Positions 40,901 to 47,861 of a stretch of 64,000 nt of DNA are shown here, one piece after another. A program made the translations under genes and the position numbers. Within the stretch, counting starts at the first letter, position 1. The number at the start of each line of letters is the position of its first letter. The DNA is from Dehalococcoidia bacterium (GTDB taxonomy: Bacteria > Chloroflexota > Dehalococcoidia > Plut-88900). The stretch covers positions 1,984,001 through 2,048,000 of the forward strand of contig OZ240219.1 in assembly GCA_965197645.1 (NCBI GenBank). The letters run 5' to 3'. The notes under the pieces are model-generated. The model did no database searches, had not been told where the DNA came from, and saw only the letters and a list, made by a program, of their open reading frames with translations.

Positions 40901-41322
40901 GGAAATTTGTTGCCGGCTGCAGAAAGCGTGTTGAAGTCCTTGCCCGAGTCCCGGCTCCGGTCGGACATCCGGTAGGCGTACAGCTTGGCGTCGGTGAAGT
41001 CCGACGCCCACATGGTTGTCCCGTCCGACCAGATGCCCACCGGAGAGCCGTTGGCGGCGTCCAGAGTGAAATCCTTGCCCGAATCCCGGCTCCGGTCCGA
41101 CATACGGTAGGCGTACAGCTTGTGATCCTCGAAGTCCGCGACCCACATGGTGGTCCCGTCCGACCAGATGCCGGTCGGATAGCCGTTGGCGGCGCCCAGA
41201 GTGAAATCGCTGCCGGAGTCCCGGCTCTGGGCCTGGACCTCAGGAGTGAGAAGCAGGGCGCCGAAGACCGCGAGTGCGATGAGCAGCAGCGGGAGCGGCG
41301 CCAGACGCCGGAATGAGATCAT
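31960..41322 (-). CDS. Giant secreted multidomain protein: beta-propeller repeats, LRRs, Ig-like repeats, PQQ-dependent sugar dehydrogenase domain and dikinase-like (His + PPDK_N ATP-grasp) module
   Basis: Signal peptide; GIWSDGTTMWV repeats; LxxLxLxxN repeats; GLSHPWG, HSGGRL, GFRNPQG, GGNYGW (GSDH); PLSHVNLR, GVKAAN, RSSTNNEDLPGFSGAGLYDS, VWASLWN. Confidence 0.88.
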   Translation of the reverse strand: MISFRRLAPLPLLLIALAVFGALLLTPEVQAQSRDSGSDFTLGAANGYPTGIWSDGTTMWVADFEDHKLYAYRMSDRSRDSGKDFTLDAANGSPVGIWSDGTTMWASDFTDAKLYAYRMSDRSRDSGKDFNTLSAAGNKFPEGIWSDGITMWVADTGNDTVFAYDLSTRAWDFEKDITLAPGHDSPMGVWSNGSTMWVSDWRDAKLYAYRMSDRSWDGSKDFALDADDESYEDIWSAGSTMWVASRDDAKLYAYDWNNPATGAPTITGAVRVDETLAAGTRSIVDADGLDAASFEYQWISNDGNADTDIAGATDSTYTIVSGDRDRTVKVRVSFTDGAGNQESLTSEPTGRVGAPGICDRTPSVMAAIVAGMTGVGDCSEVSETRLRTWTGSQHFGPDVTPGLYLQGRGLSALQAGDFRDLNALRALDLNRNFLGTVPDGLFQDLRAVEELYLSGNFIDELPDGVFDRNLELRGLDLSINEIPELSEGVFGGLGDLQSLSLAGNDLKSLPEDVFADLGSLTELDLSGNELKDLPVGVFEGLSGLTALDAGDNPGSPFKFTAELERRGDDTVMVRLAEGATPFDLQIELSARNGDLSTKTVTIAAGGSYSDVIEVGAHGSHPVTVEIDSAAFLLPSGGSASGIRAGRGSAMLMWIGRPLVQREWIQDGPFALHPENADPKSIWSDGETLWVGDSSARKVFAYKLWDNPATAVNEYGTRDPGWDVPSLGQEDHYVTGHGPRLYVAEESLDGASRDVFGYDLTSFTRAEDRDFVYGGLNVAGGVFIVRGMATDGRHMWITNTTSHAHAFRLFDDPETPEDEYGRPDTSRKLTIPGRGQLRGLFTDGRTMWGVRFASNDASVPSVKLSDGTEAGFDFTLHEDNDHAYGIWSNGETFYVVDADDNMIYTYHGVSGVVRPSVEDAETAAVLVGNTGQSGGAGHDLGSAGAKRAQAFTTGTSRAGYALASVGIGFGEVSDTSSAPSDLEVTLNADDGGVPGDALCTLIAPASLSERSVNTFAAPASGTTCPVLEKETTYFVVVERIRATGSGAIAVSGTASGSEDTGAAEGWSIADGSVTYSSQAADQGWASDAFSYKIEVRGSFINNPAAGEATVTGTARVGRPLAAAVSDVSDDDGLTGATYSYQWLRIDGATETNIGSGSPTYTLVAEDLGKRVKVRVAFVDDRGNYETLTSEATAAVEAFKAEDRPGTVSLFPARPRVGTVVSATLTDPDGLEGGGSGPAASLGAVSWSWARSPDGTTWTGVEAYGEGDSYVPTEEDEEMLLRAEASYTDGHGPGKSAQAVSTAVVGAREPGPELTVTVIVRGLSHPWGIDFTPDGTMLFTQRAGVLNARLTDGTVKQVDADLGDLLVDGFAGLQALAVDPDFTTNRRFYTLQGHTGREMQVIAWTIDANYDEATRVVDPLVEGIPIGPGPWHSGGRLVFGPEGYLWIVTGDGRVVTGAQDLTSLGGKVLRVDPRTGAGAPGNPFGASSPVYSYGFRNPQGLALRPGTDQMWLVEHGPKHDDEINLLAPGGNYGWDPIPDDGTLAFYDYSDEAGVPMTDLAKFPSARQARWSSGFPTLATSGAVFLDGLQWGEWEGRLAVATLKTKSLRVFEFTEQGDFVSQIVVPELDGSQGRLRTPVLGPDGALYIATSNKPGVDRILRVSANRAATGAPVISGTVEVGESLTAVVSGIDDPDGLDDDAFSFQWVRSHHESSFSDIEGATASTYTLAMADLGKTISVRVSFYDDGGSLEALTSQRTVKVSVVACTVGDQAPAATAVEVQAVPAIIESTTEEYFVLYVRPDLDSEREFSVSVTLGEDGTTTLTEQLYPLPKEHYRVEKFLIADPGDIDNDCIDDITELGDPVGMNPLNPARAVPFRDGAVAIPDREAFEALSYKGRDVPYHRHLQDLEFVKFYIIGSSADNMGIYFINTETHRIHPDFGDAIGLWEDPLWGQGYMGGEIIYHPNVIAPDGSLGVYRYQFQPMDEYPFGDVARSYEALAASMPLLDDNLAYYPMPRRALPLYHKERALYDDSRINVVLREDILPDVPFLPLNLGEGYGFLRLMSLEERPDPRDVVIYETIPNELARVAGLITTVPQTPLSHVNLRAVQDGVPNAFIRDALDDGDIDDLIGRYVHYSVTADGYSIRAATPAEVEAYFAASRPHGTQTPERDLTVTQITDLDDIGFDDWNAFGVKAANVAVLRTLGFPDGTVPDGFAVPFYFYDGFMKHNGFYDEVEEMLEDPDFQSGYDIQEKELKKLRKKIKNGETPDWIIDALEEMHASYPEGQSLRYRSSTNNEDLPGFSGAGLYDSKTQDPEETDEDGIDKSIKGVWASLWNFRAFTEREFHRIDHLATAMGVLVHPNYSDELANGVAVSFDPIYGTKGSYYVNTQLGEDLVTNPDAHSVPEEILLDLSGSYTTLVTSNQAPKGQLLMSDAQIGQLRRHLQDIHDHFEGLYNPGPDEPFAMEIEFKITSDDVLSIKQARPWVFGVPTSAEASGIPQEEPIWAATLTVEIGENFAGYTTFLSSPETNTLGALSPDTITSDDASYTVRALGVLNGKLILSVMPKLTADFVLVVGTDEFASTDASTLEGDSISIIQFQWNDPGLNLPEGKEVAVRVTEPAENTPATGQPTIGGTAQVGETLTALTNGITDEDGLDDVSYSYQWVRNDGVSDTEIEDATDSAYTVTDDDVGKTIKVRVTFTDDADNQESLTSDATGAVIAAPNRQATGKPTIDGTARVGQTLTADTSNISDLDGITNATFFYQWRAGGLTIIGANRSTYTLTASEQGKTVTVRVRFADDRNNIESLGSDATEEVAAAPNRDATGTPTITGMPQVGQTLTASTSGIADQDGLSNVSYGYQWVADGSDIDGATGSSYELTSSEQGQPIQVQVTFTDDSGNRESLTSAATDQVEAVPEGNSPATGAPAIGGTLQVGETLTTSTSGIADQDGLDDVSYGYQWIAGGSDVGGATGSTYTLTSSEQWQTIRVRVTFTDDAGNAESLTSAATKAVTAKPTPLTASFSNVPNIHDGQTAFTFELRFSEGFGISYVTLRDHAFSVTGGTVNKAKRLTQGSNIGWTITVTPDSAADVTIELPATTDCDADGAICTADERMLSTRLELTVSGPGG

Positions 41323-41325
41323 GAC

Positions 41326-41472
41326 TCACCCCCTGCTAGCCAAGTGAAAGAAGCCGGGAGGGTGAACCTCTGTGCTAGCCCATCGTTGGCGGAAGTCCCC
41401 GGCGCGACCGGTGCAGCGACGGCTCGTGCCGTCCGCCGTCTCAGGTGCATGAACCGATCTGTAGAGCGTCAT
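41326..41472 (-). other. Candidate 48-aa upstream ORF in a conserved 5' leader
   Basis: MTLYRSVHAPET...RRCTGR...VHPPGFF; RBS-like AGAGGA; homolog at 47131-47286. Confidence 0.3.
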
Positions 41473-41586
41473 GTCAATGCTTCCTCTGAACGAGCGGGAT
41501 GAGCGGAGCCTACGGCCCCCCATGCTGTCCCCACGTAGAGTGGCAGCCTGTGATTCCGCCCATCCTGTGAGCCTTCTGGCACGTTT

Positions 41587-41719
41587 ACCCATGAAAACCC
41601 TAGTGCCTCTTCAAGGCTTTGGTAAGTGTCTAATCACACTCTCGGGACGGCAAAAGTGTTAGCTCTGAGAGAGAGAGTGTTTCTGCGACTTTTTCACTCT
41701 TGCCGGCATAAACGAAAGT
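41587..41719 (-). promoter_or_regulatory. Conserved promoter module, copy 2
   Basis: TTACCA (41625-41620), N17, TAGGGT (41602-41597). Confidence 0.7.
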
Positions 41720-41789
41720 CAGGCACACGCTACCGGAACGTATCCGGACCGGGAGAGGCCGCTGCTCTCTCCCCCGGCCACCCGCATAC

Positions 41790-41932
41790 GAGCGTGTCTC
41801 AAAAGTACGGATGTCTTGGTCCCAACCGCCCGCCCTCGGAAGGTTTTGTAGCTGGGGGAACATCCCCCAGGCCCCCTGCCAGAGGGAAGGTTCCCTCTGG
41901 ACTCTCTCAAAGCAGGGTTCTGAGACAGGCTC
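41790..41932. mobile_element. 143-bp MITE, copy A
   Basis: 15-bp TIRs GAGCGTGTCTCAAAA / TTCTGAGACAGGCTC; flanking ATAC duplication; the homologous site near 31909 is empty. Confidence 0.85.
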
Positions 41933-41982
41933 ATACGCGGGCTTTTCTGTTGCCAGAAAGATCTTGCGACTGACTTCCCTCT

Positions 41983-44900
41983 CTATCCGCTCGAACCACT
42001 GACGGTGAACACCAGATTATTGGACAGCTTTCTGCCGTCCTCCGTGCAGATGGCTTCCTGAGCCTCGCAGTCCGTCGTGGCGGGCAGAACGATGGTCACA
42101 TCCTCGCTGGAGTCTGGCCTCACCATTATTCGCCACTTGATGTTGCTTGGCTTGTCCATGCGTTGAGCCTTTAATATGGACCCGCCGGTTACACTAAAGG
42201 CATGGAACTTTAGGGTCTTGTAGCTGAGGGGAATATCCTCGCTGAATCGGATGTCGAATGTGAAGACATTCGAGGCGCCGTGGTGGCTGGCCACGGGGAA
42301 CACCAGGCGGACGGTCAGCGGCGTGGGCTTCGCCGCCACCACCGCCGCCGTCGCCTCGCTGGTCAGGGTCTCGGCGTTGTCGGCATCGTCGCGGAAGGAG
42401 ACCCGGACTTGGATTGTCTGCCCTTTCTGCATGTCCTTGAGGGTGTAGCTGGAGCCGGTGGCCCCCGAGATGTCCGACCCTCCGGCGGTCCACTGGTAGC
42501 TGTACGACACGTTGGTCAACCCGTCTGCGTCCTCAACACCGATGGTGTCCGCCGTCAGCGTCCCATCCACTTGGACCGTGCCGCTGATGGTCGGCGCGCC
42601 CAGGGCCGGGGTATTCTGATCGGACTGCACGAGGTTCACCGACACCTCGTTCTCATCCGACCAGCCCAATCCCGGGTCATGCCACCGGAATCTGTAGGAC
42701 GCACCACCATGATCCACCATGGCGTCCGCCGAGCCGAACTCCTCGTCCCCCACCGACAGCACGAAGCCTGTGGAGAACATCTCTTCGTTCAGGCCGAGCC
42801 GGAGCTCGCCGTCCTTGAGAAAAAGGAACCTGACATAGTGGGTCTTGCCGTCCCATTCGACCTCGGTGGCCGACAGGGACCCCAGGTGGGGATTGCCCCA
42901 GTACGAATACCCGGTGAACCCATCCCTTGTCCCCACGGTCATCGTGGCGGACCAGGCGTTGCTAGCCTGCTGCACCACCTCCGTTGCCGCGCTGGTCAGC
43001 GTCTCCTCGTGGTCAGCGTCGTCGGTGAAGGAGACTCTGACCTTGATGGACTTACCTGCGTCAGCGGCCACCAGGGTGTAGGTGGAGTCCGTCTGCCCCG
43101 CTATGTCGGTGTCGGTGGTCCCGTCGTTGGAAACCCACTGGTAGCTGTAGGAGACGCTGGTCAGCCCGTCGGCGTCGTGGACGCCGGAAACGTCCGCTGT
43201 CAGCGTCTCGCCCGCCTGGGCCGTGCCAATGATGGTCGGCAACCCGGTGGCCGGGCTGTTGAGGGCGACGACCGCACTCGTCCAATCACGTACGATGCGC
43301 GCCGTAAGGGTCTGACCGTCCTCCCAATCGGCGTCGACGTCTTCCCAGCTAAAGGTGGCATCCCCTCCCTGTAATGCCAGCGCGACATCGCCAACTAGCA
43401 GTGTCAGGTCGCTGATGCTGGGAACGTTATCCGTAAAAGCCAAGCGAAGCTTCCGTTCCGGAGAGTAGTACCACAGCCACTTTGCCTGAAGGCCGGCGTT
43501 GCCCCCGGAGTTCGAAAAGAGATCGGCGCTGGCGGCGCCGATGGCGCCGGTGCCGTAATCCACCACCAACATATCCGCCCGCCACTCGTCCGCCGTCGGC
43601 ACCGTCGCCGTCGCATCGCTGGTCAGGGTCTCGCTGTTGTTGGCGTCGTCGGTGAAGCTCACCCGCAGCTTGATGGTCTTGCCCACATCGTCGTCGGACA
43701 GTGTGTAGGTGGAGTTGGTCGCTCCCCGTATGTCCGTGTCGGTGGTCCCATCGTTGGCACTCCACTGATAGGTGTACGAAACGTTGGTCAGCCCGTCGGC
43801 GTCGGTGATGCCGGAAACGTCCGCCGTGAGGGTCTCGCCCACCTGAGCCGTCCCACTGATGGTCGGCGCTCCCGTGGCCGGGGTGTTGGGACGAGGCTGC
43901 ACAGCGGTCGTCGCCGCGCTGACCAAGTTCTCTTCATGCCCCAGGTCGTCGGTGAAGCCCACCCGCACCTTGATGGTCTTGCCCACGTCGGCGGAGACCA
44001 GGGTGTAGGTCGAGCCTGTCTGACCGCTTATGTCCGTGTCGGTGCTCGCGTCGTTTGCAATCCACTGGTAGCTGTAAGAAACGCTGGTCAGCCCGTCGGC
44101 GTCGGTGATGCCGGAAACGTCCGCCGTGAGGGTCTCGCCCACCTGGGCTGTCACACTGATGGTCGGCGCTCCCGTGGCCGGGGTGTTAGGCGGGGTGACG
44201 GGAGGGGTTGCTGCGCTGGTCAGGGTCTGGCTGTTGGTGGCGTCGTCGGTGAAGGATACCTTGACCTTGATGGTCTTGCCCTCGTCGGCGGTCACGAGGG
44301 TGTAGGTCGCGGCCGTTGCGTTCTCAATGTCCGTGTCGGTGGTCCCGTCGTTGGCAATCCACTGATAGGTGTACGAAACGTTGGTCAGCCCGTCGGCGTC
44401 GGTGATGCCCGAGGTATCCGCCGTCAGCGTCTCGCCCGTCTCGGCCTTGCCGATGATGGTCGGCAACCCGGTCTCCGGGCTGTTGGGACGAGGCTGCACA
44501 GCGGTCGTCGGCACGCTGGTCAGCGCCTCCTCGTAGCCCCGGTCGTCGGCAAAGCTCACCCGCACCCTGATGGTCTTTCCCACGTCGGCGTCCGACAGGG
44601 TATAGGTCGAGCTTGCGGCGTTCTCGATGTCCGTCTCCGTCGTTCCATCGTTCCGAATCCATTGGTAGCTGTAGGGGGAGCCGTAGAGCAAGCTGATCAG
44701 CCCGTCGGCGTCGGCGATGCCCGACGGGTCCGCCGTCAGCGTCTCGCCCACCTGAGCCGTCCCACTGATGGTGGGCGCTCCGGTGGCCGGGCGGTTTTCC
44801 GATGGCGCGTCGCCGCCGAAGACCCAGGGGCGGGCCTGTTTGATCGACAGAATATCGTCGCTGGTGATCTTGAACTCGATCTCCATGGCGAACGGCTCAT

Positions 44901-47115
44901 CGCCCTCGATGCCGTACAGCTCGGCGAACTCGTCATGGATCAGTTCGAGATGACGGCGCAACTGGTCCATTTGGGCGTCGCTCATAAAGAGTTGCCCCTG
45001 CTGCACCTGGTTGGAGGTCGCGAGGACGGTATATTCACCGCCCTGGTGCAACAGGATTTCCTCCGGCGCCGAGTGCGCGTCGGGATTGGTGACCAGGTCC
45101 TCCCCGAGCTGCGAGTTGACGTAGTAATTCCCGTATCTCATTCGGATAGGATCGAAGCTGACGGCGACGCCGTTGGCCAGTTCGTCCGAGTAATTGGGAT
45201 GCACCAGCACCCCCATCGCCGCCGCCAGGTGATCGACGCGATAGAATTCGCGTTCGGTGAAGGCCCGGAAGTTCCACAGGCTCGCGTACACCTGCTTGAG
45301 CGATTTGGCAATCCCGTCTTCTTCGGTCTCATCGGGATGCTGGGTCTTGGAGTCGTACAGCCCCGCGCCGCTGAAACCGGGCAAGTCTTCGTTGTTGGTG
45401 CTGGACCGGTAGCGCAGGGATGTGCCTGCGGGGAACCCAGCGTGCATCTCCTCCAGCGCCGCGATAATCCACTCGGGCGTCTCGCCCTTCTTGATCTTCT
45501 TGCGCAGCTTCTTGAGCTCTTTCTCCTGGGTGTCATAGTCCGACTGGAACTCCGGGTCGGCCAGCAATTCCTCAACGTCGTCATAGAACCCATTGTGCTT
45601 CATGAATTCGTCGTAGAAGTAGAACGGCACCGCGTACCCGTCGGGGACGGTGTTCTCGGGAAAGTCCAGGGTTCCCAGAACGGCCACGTTCGCCGCCTTG
45701 ACGCCGAACGCGTTCCAGTCGTCGAATTCAATGTCGCTCAGGGCCGTGATTTCCGTGACCGCAAGGTCCCGTTCCGGCGTCTGGGGCTCGGAAGGGCGGG
45801 AGTCGGCGTAGTGGGCATCGACTTCCGAGGGCGAGGCCGCGAAGACATAGTACGTGGTCGATCCTACAAGGTACTGGACATAGCTGCCGATGAGACCTTC
45901 AATGTCGGGGGCCTCCAGAGCGTCACGGACAAAGGCGTTGGGGACGCCGTCTTGCACGGCGCGCAGGTTGACATGCGAAAGCGGCGTTTGCGGCACGGTC
46001 GTCATGATGCCGGCAACGCGGGGGAGCTCGTTGGGCAGGGTGTCATAGATCACGATGTCGCGAGGGTTGGGCCTTTCCCCCAGCGACATGGCCCGCAGGA
46101 AACCGAACCCCCTGCCCCGGTTGAGGGAGATGAAATCCAGATCGAAAGCGATGTCTTCTGCGAGCAGCACGTCGACCCGGGAATCATCATAGAGAGACTT
46201 ATCCTTGTGGTAGCGAGGCACCGCCTTCGACCACATCGGATAATAGGCGAGGTTATCTTCCAGCAGCGGCATGCTGGCTGCCAGAACGGTGAACGCATAG
46301 GAAATCTCTTTGAAAGAGTAGACATCGCTGGCCCCGAACTGGAAACGATAGACACCCAGAGACCCGTCGGGAGCAACCGCTTTCGGGTGGTATACCATCT
46401 CTCCGACCATCGTCTCATGTCCGTGGAGTGGGTCGACCTCGAGACCAACGTCCGCCTGGAAGTCGTCGTGTCGTTGGTACGTCTTGGTGTTCATGAAATA
46501 GACGGATGGGCGGTCGGTGTTCATGTCGACCATATGGAACTTGACGGCCTCCCAGCCGGCCAGATGTCTGTCGATAGCTCCAATCTCACCCTTGTAGGCA
46601 AGCGACACATACGTCTCGCGGTTAGGAATGGCCGCCGCGCCATCGTCAAACCTCATGGCTGGGACAGGGTTCACCGGGTTCATGCCCACCGGATCCGCCA
46701 GCTCTGCAATGTCATCAGTGCAATCGCCATCGACATCGGCGGGGTCGCTGACGAGGTATTTCTCCACCCGGTAGCGCTCTTTGGGCAGCGCCTCCAGGCT
46801 CTCGGTCAGCGTCGTGGCGCCGTCCTGGCCCAGGGTCACTCTGACCGGTACTTCAAACGTGGTGTCCGCGTCCAGACCGTGCCGCACATAGAGCACGAAG
46901 TACTCGTCGGTAGTGGACTCGACCACGATAGGAACGGCCCCAACCTCTACCGCCGTCGGCGTCGGGGCTGAGTCGGCTCCGGGACACGTATCCTCCTGTG
47001 AGGCTTGCTGCGCGGAGGCTGTGGACCAGGGTATGAGCAAGTACAGGGCGAACAGGGCTAGTAGCCCGGGAAGGATGAGGAGGGTCAGAGGAGCACGGCG
47101 GCTGGGTAGAGTCAT
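41983..47115 (-). CDS. Large secreted protein with a dikinase-like (His + PPDK_N ATP-grasp) module and Ig-like repeats
   Basis: Signal peptide ...STASA; PLSHVNLR, GVKAAN, RSSTNNEDLPGFSGAGLYDS, IKQARP; repeated PATGAPTISGTAQVGETLTAD; paralog of the C-terminal half of 31960-41322. Confidence 0.88.
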   Translation of the reverse strand: MTLPSRRAPLTLLILPGLLALFALYLLIPWSTASAQQASQEDTCPGADSAPTPTAVEVGAVPIVVESTTDEYFVLYVRHGLDADTTFEVPVRVTLGQDGATTLTESLEALPKERYRVEKYLVSDPADVDGDCTDDIAELADPVGMNPVNPVPAMRFDDGAAAIPNRETYVSLAYKGEIGAIDRHLAGWEAVKFHMVDMNTDRPSVYFMNTKTYQRHDDFQADVGLEVDPLHGHETMVGEMVYHPKAVAPDGSLGVYRFQFGASDVYSFKEISYAFTVLAASMPLLEDNLAYYPMWSKAVPRYHKDKSLYDDSRVDVLLAEDIAFDLDFISLNRGRGFGFLRAMSLGERPNPRDIVIYDTLPNELPRVAGIMTTVPQTPLSHVNLRAVQDGVPNAFVRDALEAPDIEGLIGSYVQYLVGSTTYYVFAASPSEVDAHYADSRPSEPQTPERDLAVTEITALSDIEFDDWNAFGVKAANVAVLGTLDFPENTVPDGYAVPFYFYDEFMKHNGFYDDVEELLADPEFQSDYDTQEKELKKLRKKIKKGETPEWIIAALEEMHAGFPAGTSLRYRSSTNNEDLPGFSGAGLYDSKTQHPDETEEDGIAKSLKQVYASLWNFRAFTEREFYRVDHLAAAMGVLVHPNYSDELANGVAVSFDPIRMRYGNYYVNSQLGEDLVTNPDAHSAPEEILLHQGGEYTVLATSNQVQQGQLFMSDAQMDQLRRHLELIHDEFAELYGIEGDEPFAMEIEFKITSDDILSIKQARPWVFGGDAPSENRPATGAPTISGTAQVGETLTADPSGIADADGLISLLYGSPYSYQWIRNDGTTETDIENAASSTYTLSDADVGKTIRVRVSFADDRGYEEALTSVPTTAVQPRPNSPETGLPTIIGKAETGETLTADTSGITDADGLTNVSYTYQWIANDGTTDTDIENATAATYTLVTADEGKTIKVKVSFTDDATNSQTLTSAATPPVTPPNTPATGAPTISVTAQVGETLTADVSGITDADGLTSVSYSYQWIANDASTDTDISGQTGSTYTLVSADVGKTIKVRVGFTDDLGHEENLVSAATTAVQPRPNTPATGAPTISGTAQVGETLTADVSGITDADGLTNVSYTYQWSANDGTTDTDIRGATNSTYTLSDDDVGKTIKLRVSFTDDANNSETLTSDATATVPTADEWRADMLVVDYGTGAIGAASADLFSNSGGNAGLQAKWLWYYSPERKLRLAFTDNVPSISDLTLLVGDVALALQGGDATFSWEDVDADWEDGQTLTARIVRDWTSAVVALNSPATGLPTIIGTAQAGETLTADVSGVHDADGLTSVSYSYQWVSNDGTTDTDIAGQTDSTYTLVAADAGKSIKVRVSFTDDADHEETLTSAATEVVQQASNAWSATMTVGTRDGFTGYSYWGNPHLGSLSATEVEWDGKTHYVRFLFLKDGELRLGLNEEMFSTGFVLSVGDEEFGSADAMVDHGGASYRFRWHDPGLGWSDENEVSVNLVQSDQNTPALGAPTISGTVQVDGTLTADTIGVEDADGLTNVSYSYQWTAGGSDISGATGSSYTLKDMQKGQTIQVRVSFRDDADNAETLTSEATAAVVAAKPTPLTVRLVFPVASHHGASNVFTFDIRFSEDIPLSYKTLKFHAFSVTGGSILKAQRMDKPSNIKWRIMVRPDSSEDVTIVLPATTDCEAQEAICTEDGRKLSNNLVFTVSGSSG

Positions 47116-47130
47116 GGCGCCACCCTTTTT

Positions 47131-47286
47131 CTACCCCAGCACGAAGAATCGATAAATCGGGGGGGGGTGAACGTCTGTACTAAGTCGCCGCGCGCGACAG
47201 ACGCCGGTGCGACCGGTGCAGCGACGGCAGGGCCCGTCGCTCCGTACGCCTGTCTCAGGTGCATGGACCGGTCTGTCGAGCGTCAT
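47131..47286 (-). other. Candidate 51-aa upstream ORF containing a G9/C9 tract
   Basis: MTLDRPVHAPET...RRCTGR...VHPPPIYRFFVLG*; homologous to 41326-41472. Confidence 0.3.
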
Positions 47287-47401
47287 GTGAACGCCTCGCT
47301 CTGCACTGGCGGGATGAGCGGAGCCTACGACCTCCTCCGCTGTCCGCAGGTAGAGTTGCAGCCTGTGATTCCGCTTACTTGGTGGTTCCTATTTCGCATT
47401 T

Positions 47402-47543
47402 ACCCATGAGAACGGTAGCGGCTCTCCAAGGCTTTGGTAAGTGCCTAATCACACTTCTTGGTGAGGTAATTTGGACAGCACTTTGTTAGCTTTTAGAGAG
47501 TGTGTTTCTGCAACTTTTCACTCTTGCCGGCACAAACAAAAGT
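47402..47543 (-). promoter_or_regulatory. Conserved promoter module, copy 3
   Basis: TTACCA (47440-47435), N17, TACCGT (47417-47412). Confidence 0.7.
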
Positions 47544-47666
47544 GGCGCCAATACTTCTCACGGACGACCGCAATCCCCTCAGCAACGGGATGTCCAAGCG
47601 TCAGCCGGGAGGGCCTAAGCAAGCCCGTTCTCCCGCCGCCTTCGAAGCTCGGACGTATCCATGTAT

Positions 47667-47809
47667 GAGCTTGTCTCAAAAGTACGGACGCCTTAGTCCC
47701 AACCGCCCGCCCTCGGAAGGTTTTGTAGCTGGGGGAACATCCCCCAGGCCCCCTGCCAGAGGGAAGTTTCCCTCTGGACTCTCCCAAAGCAGGGTTCTGA
47801 GACAGGCTC
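47667..47809. mobile_element. 143-bp MITE, copy B
   Basis: Near-identical to copy A; TIRs GAGCTTGTCTCAAAA / TTCTGAGACAGGCTC; flanking GTAT duplication. Confidence 0.85.
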
Positions 47810-47861
47810 GTATGCGGCCCTTTTTTGTTGCCCGGAAACCGAGCGACAGGTCCCCCTCCGC

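Noticed and set aside
36199-46971. Long + strand ORFs (1050 aa, 1011 aa and others)
   Set aside because: Antisense shadows of GC-rich minus-strand genes, with no recognisable motifs.
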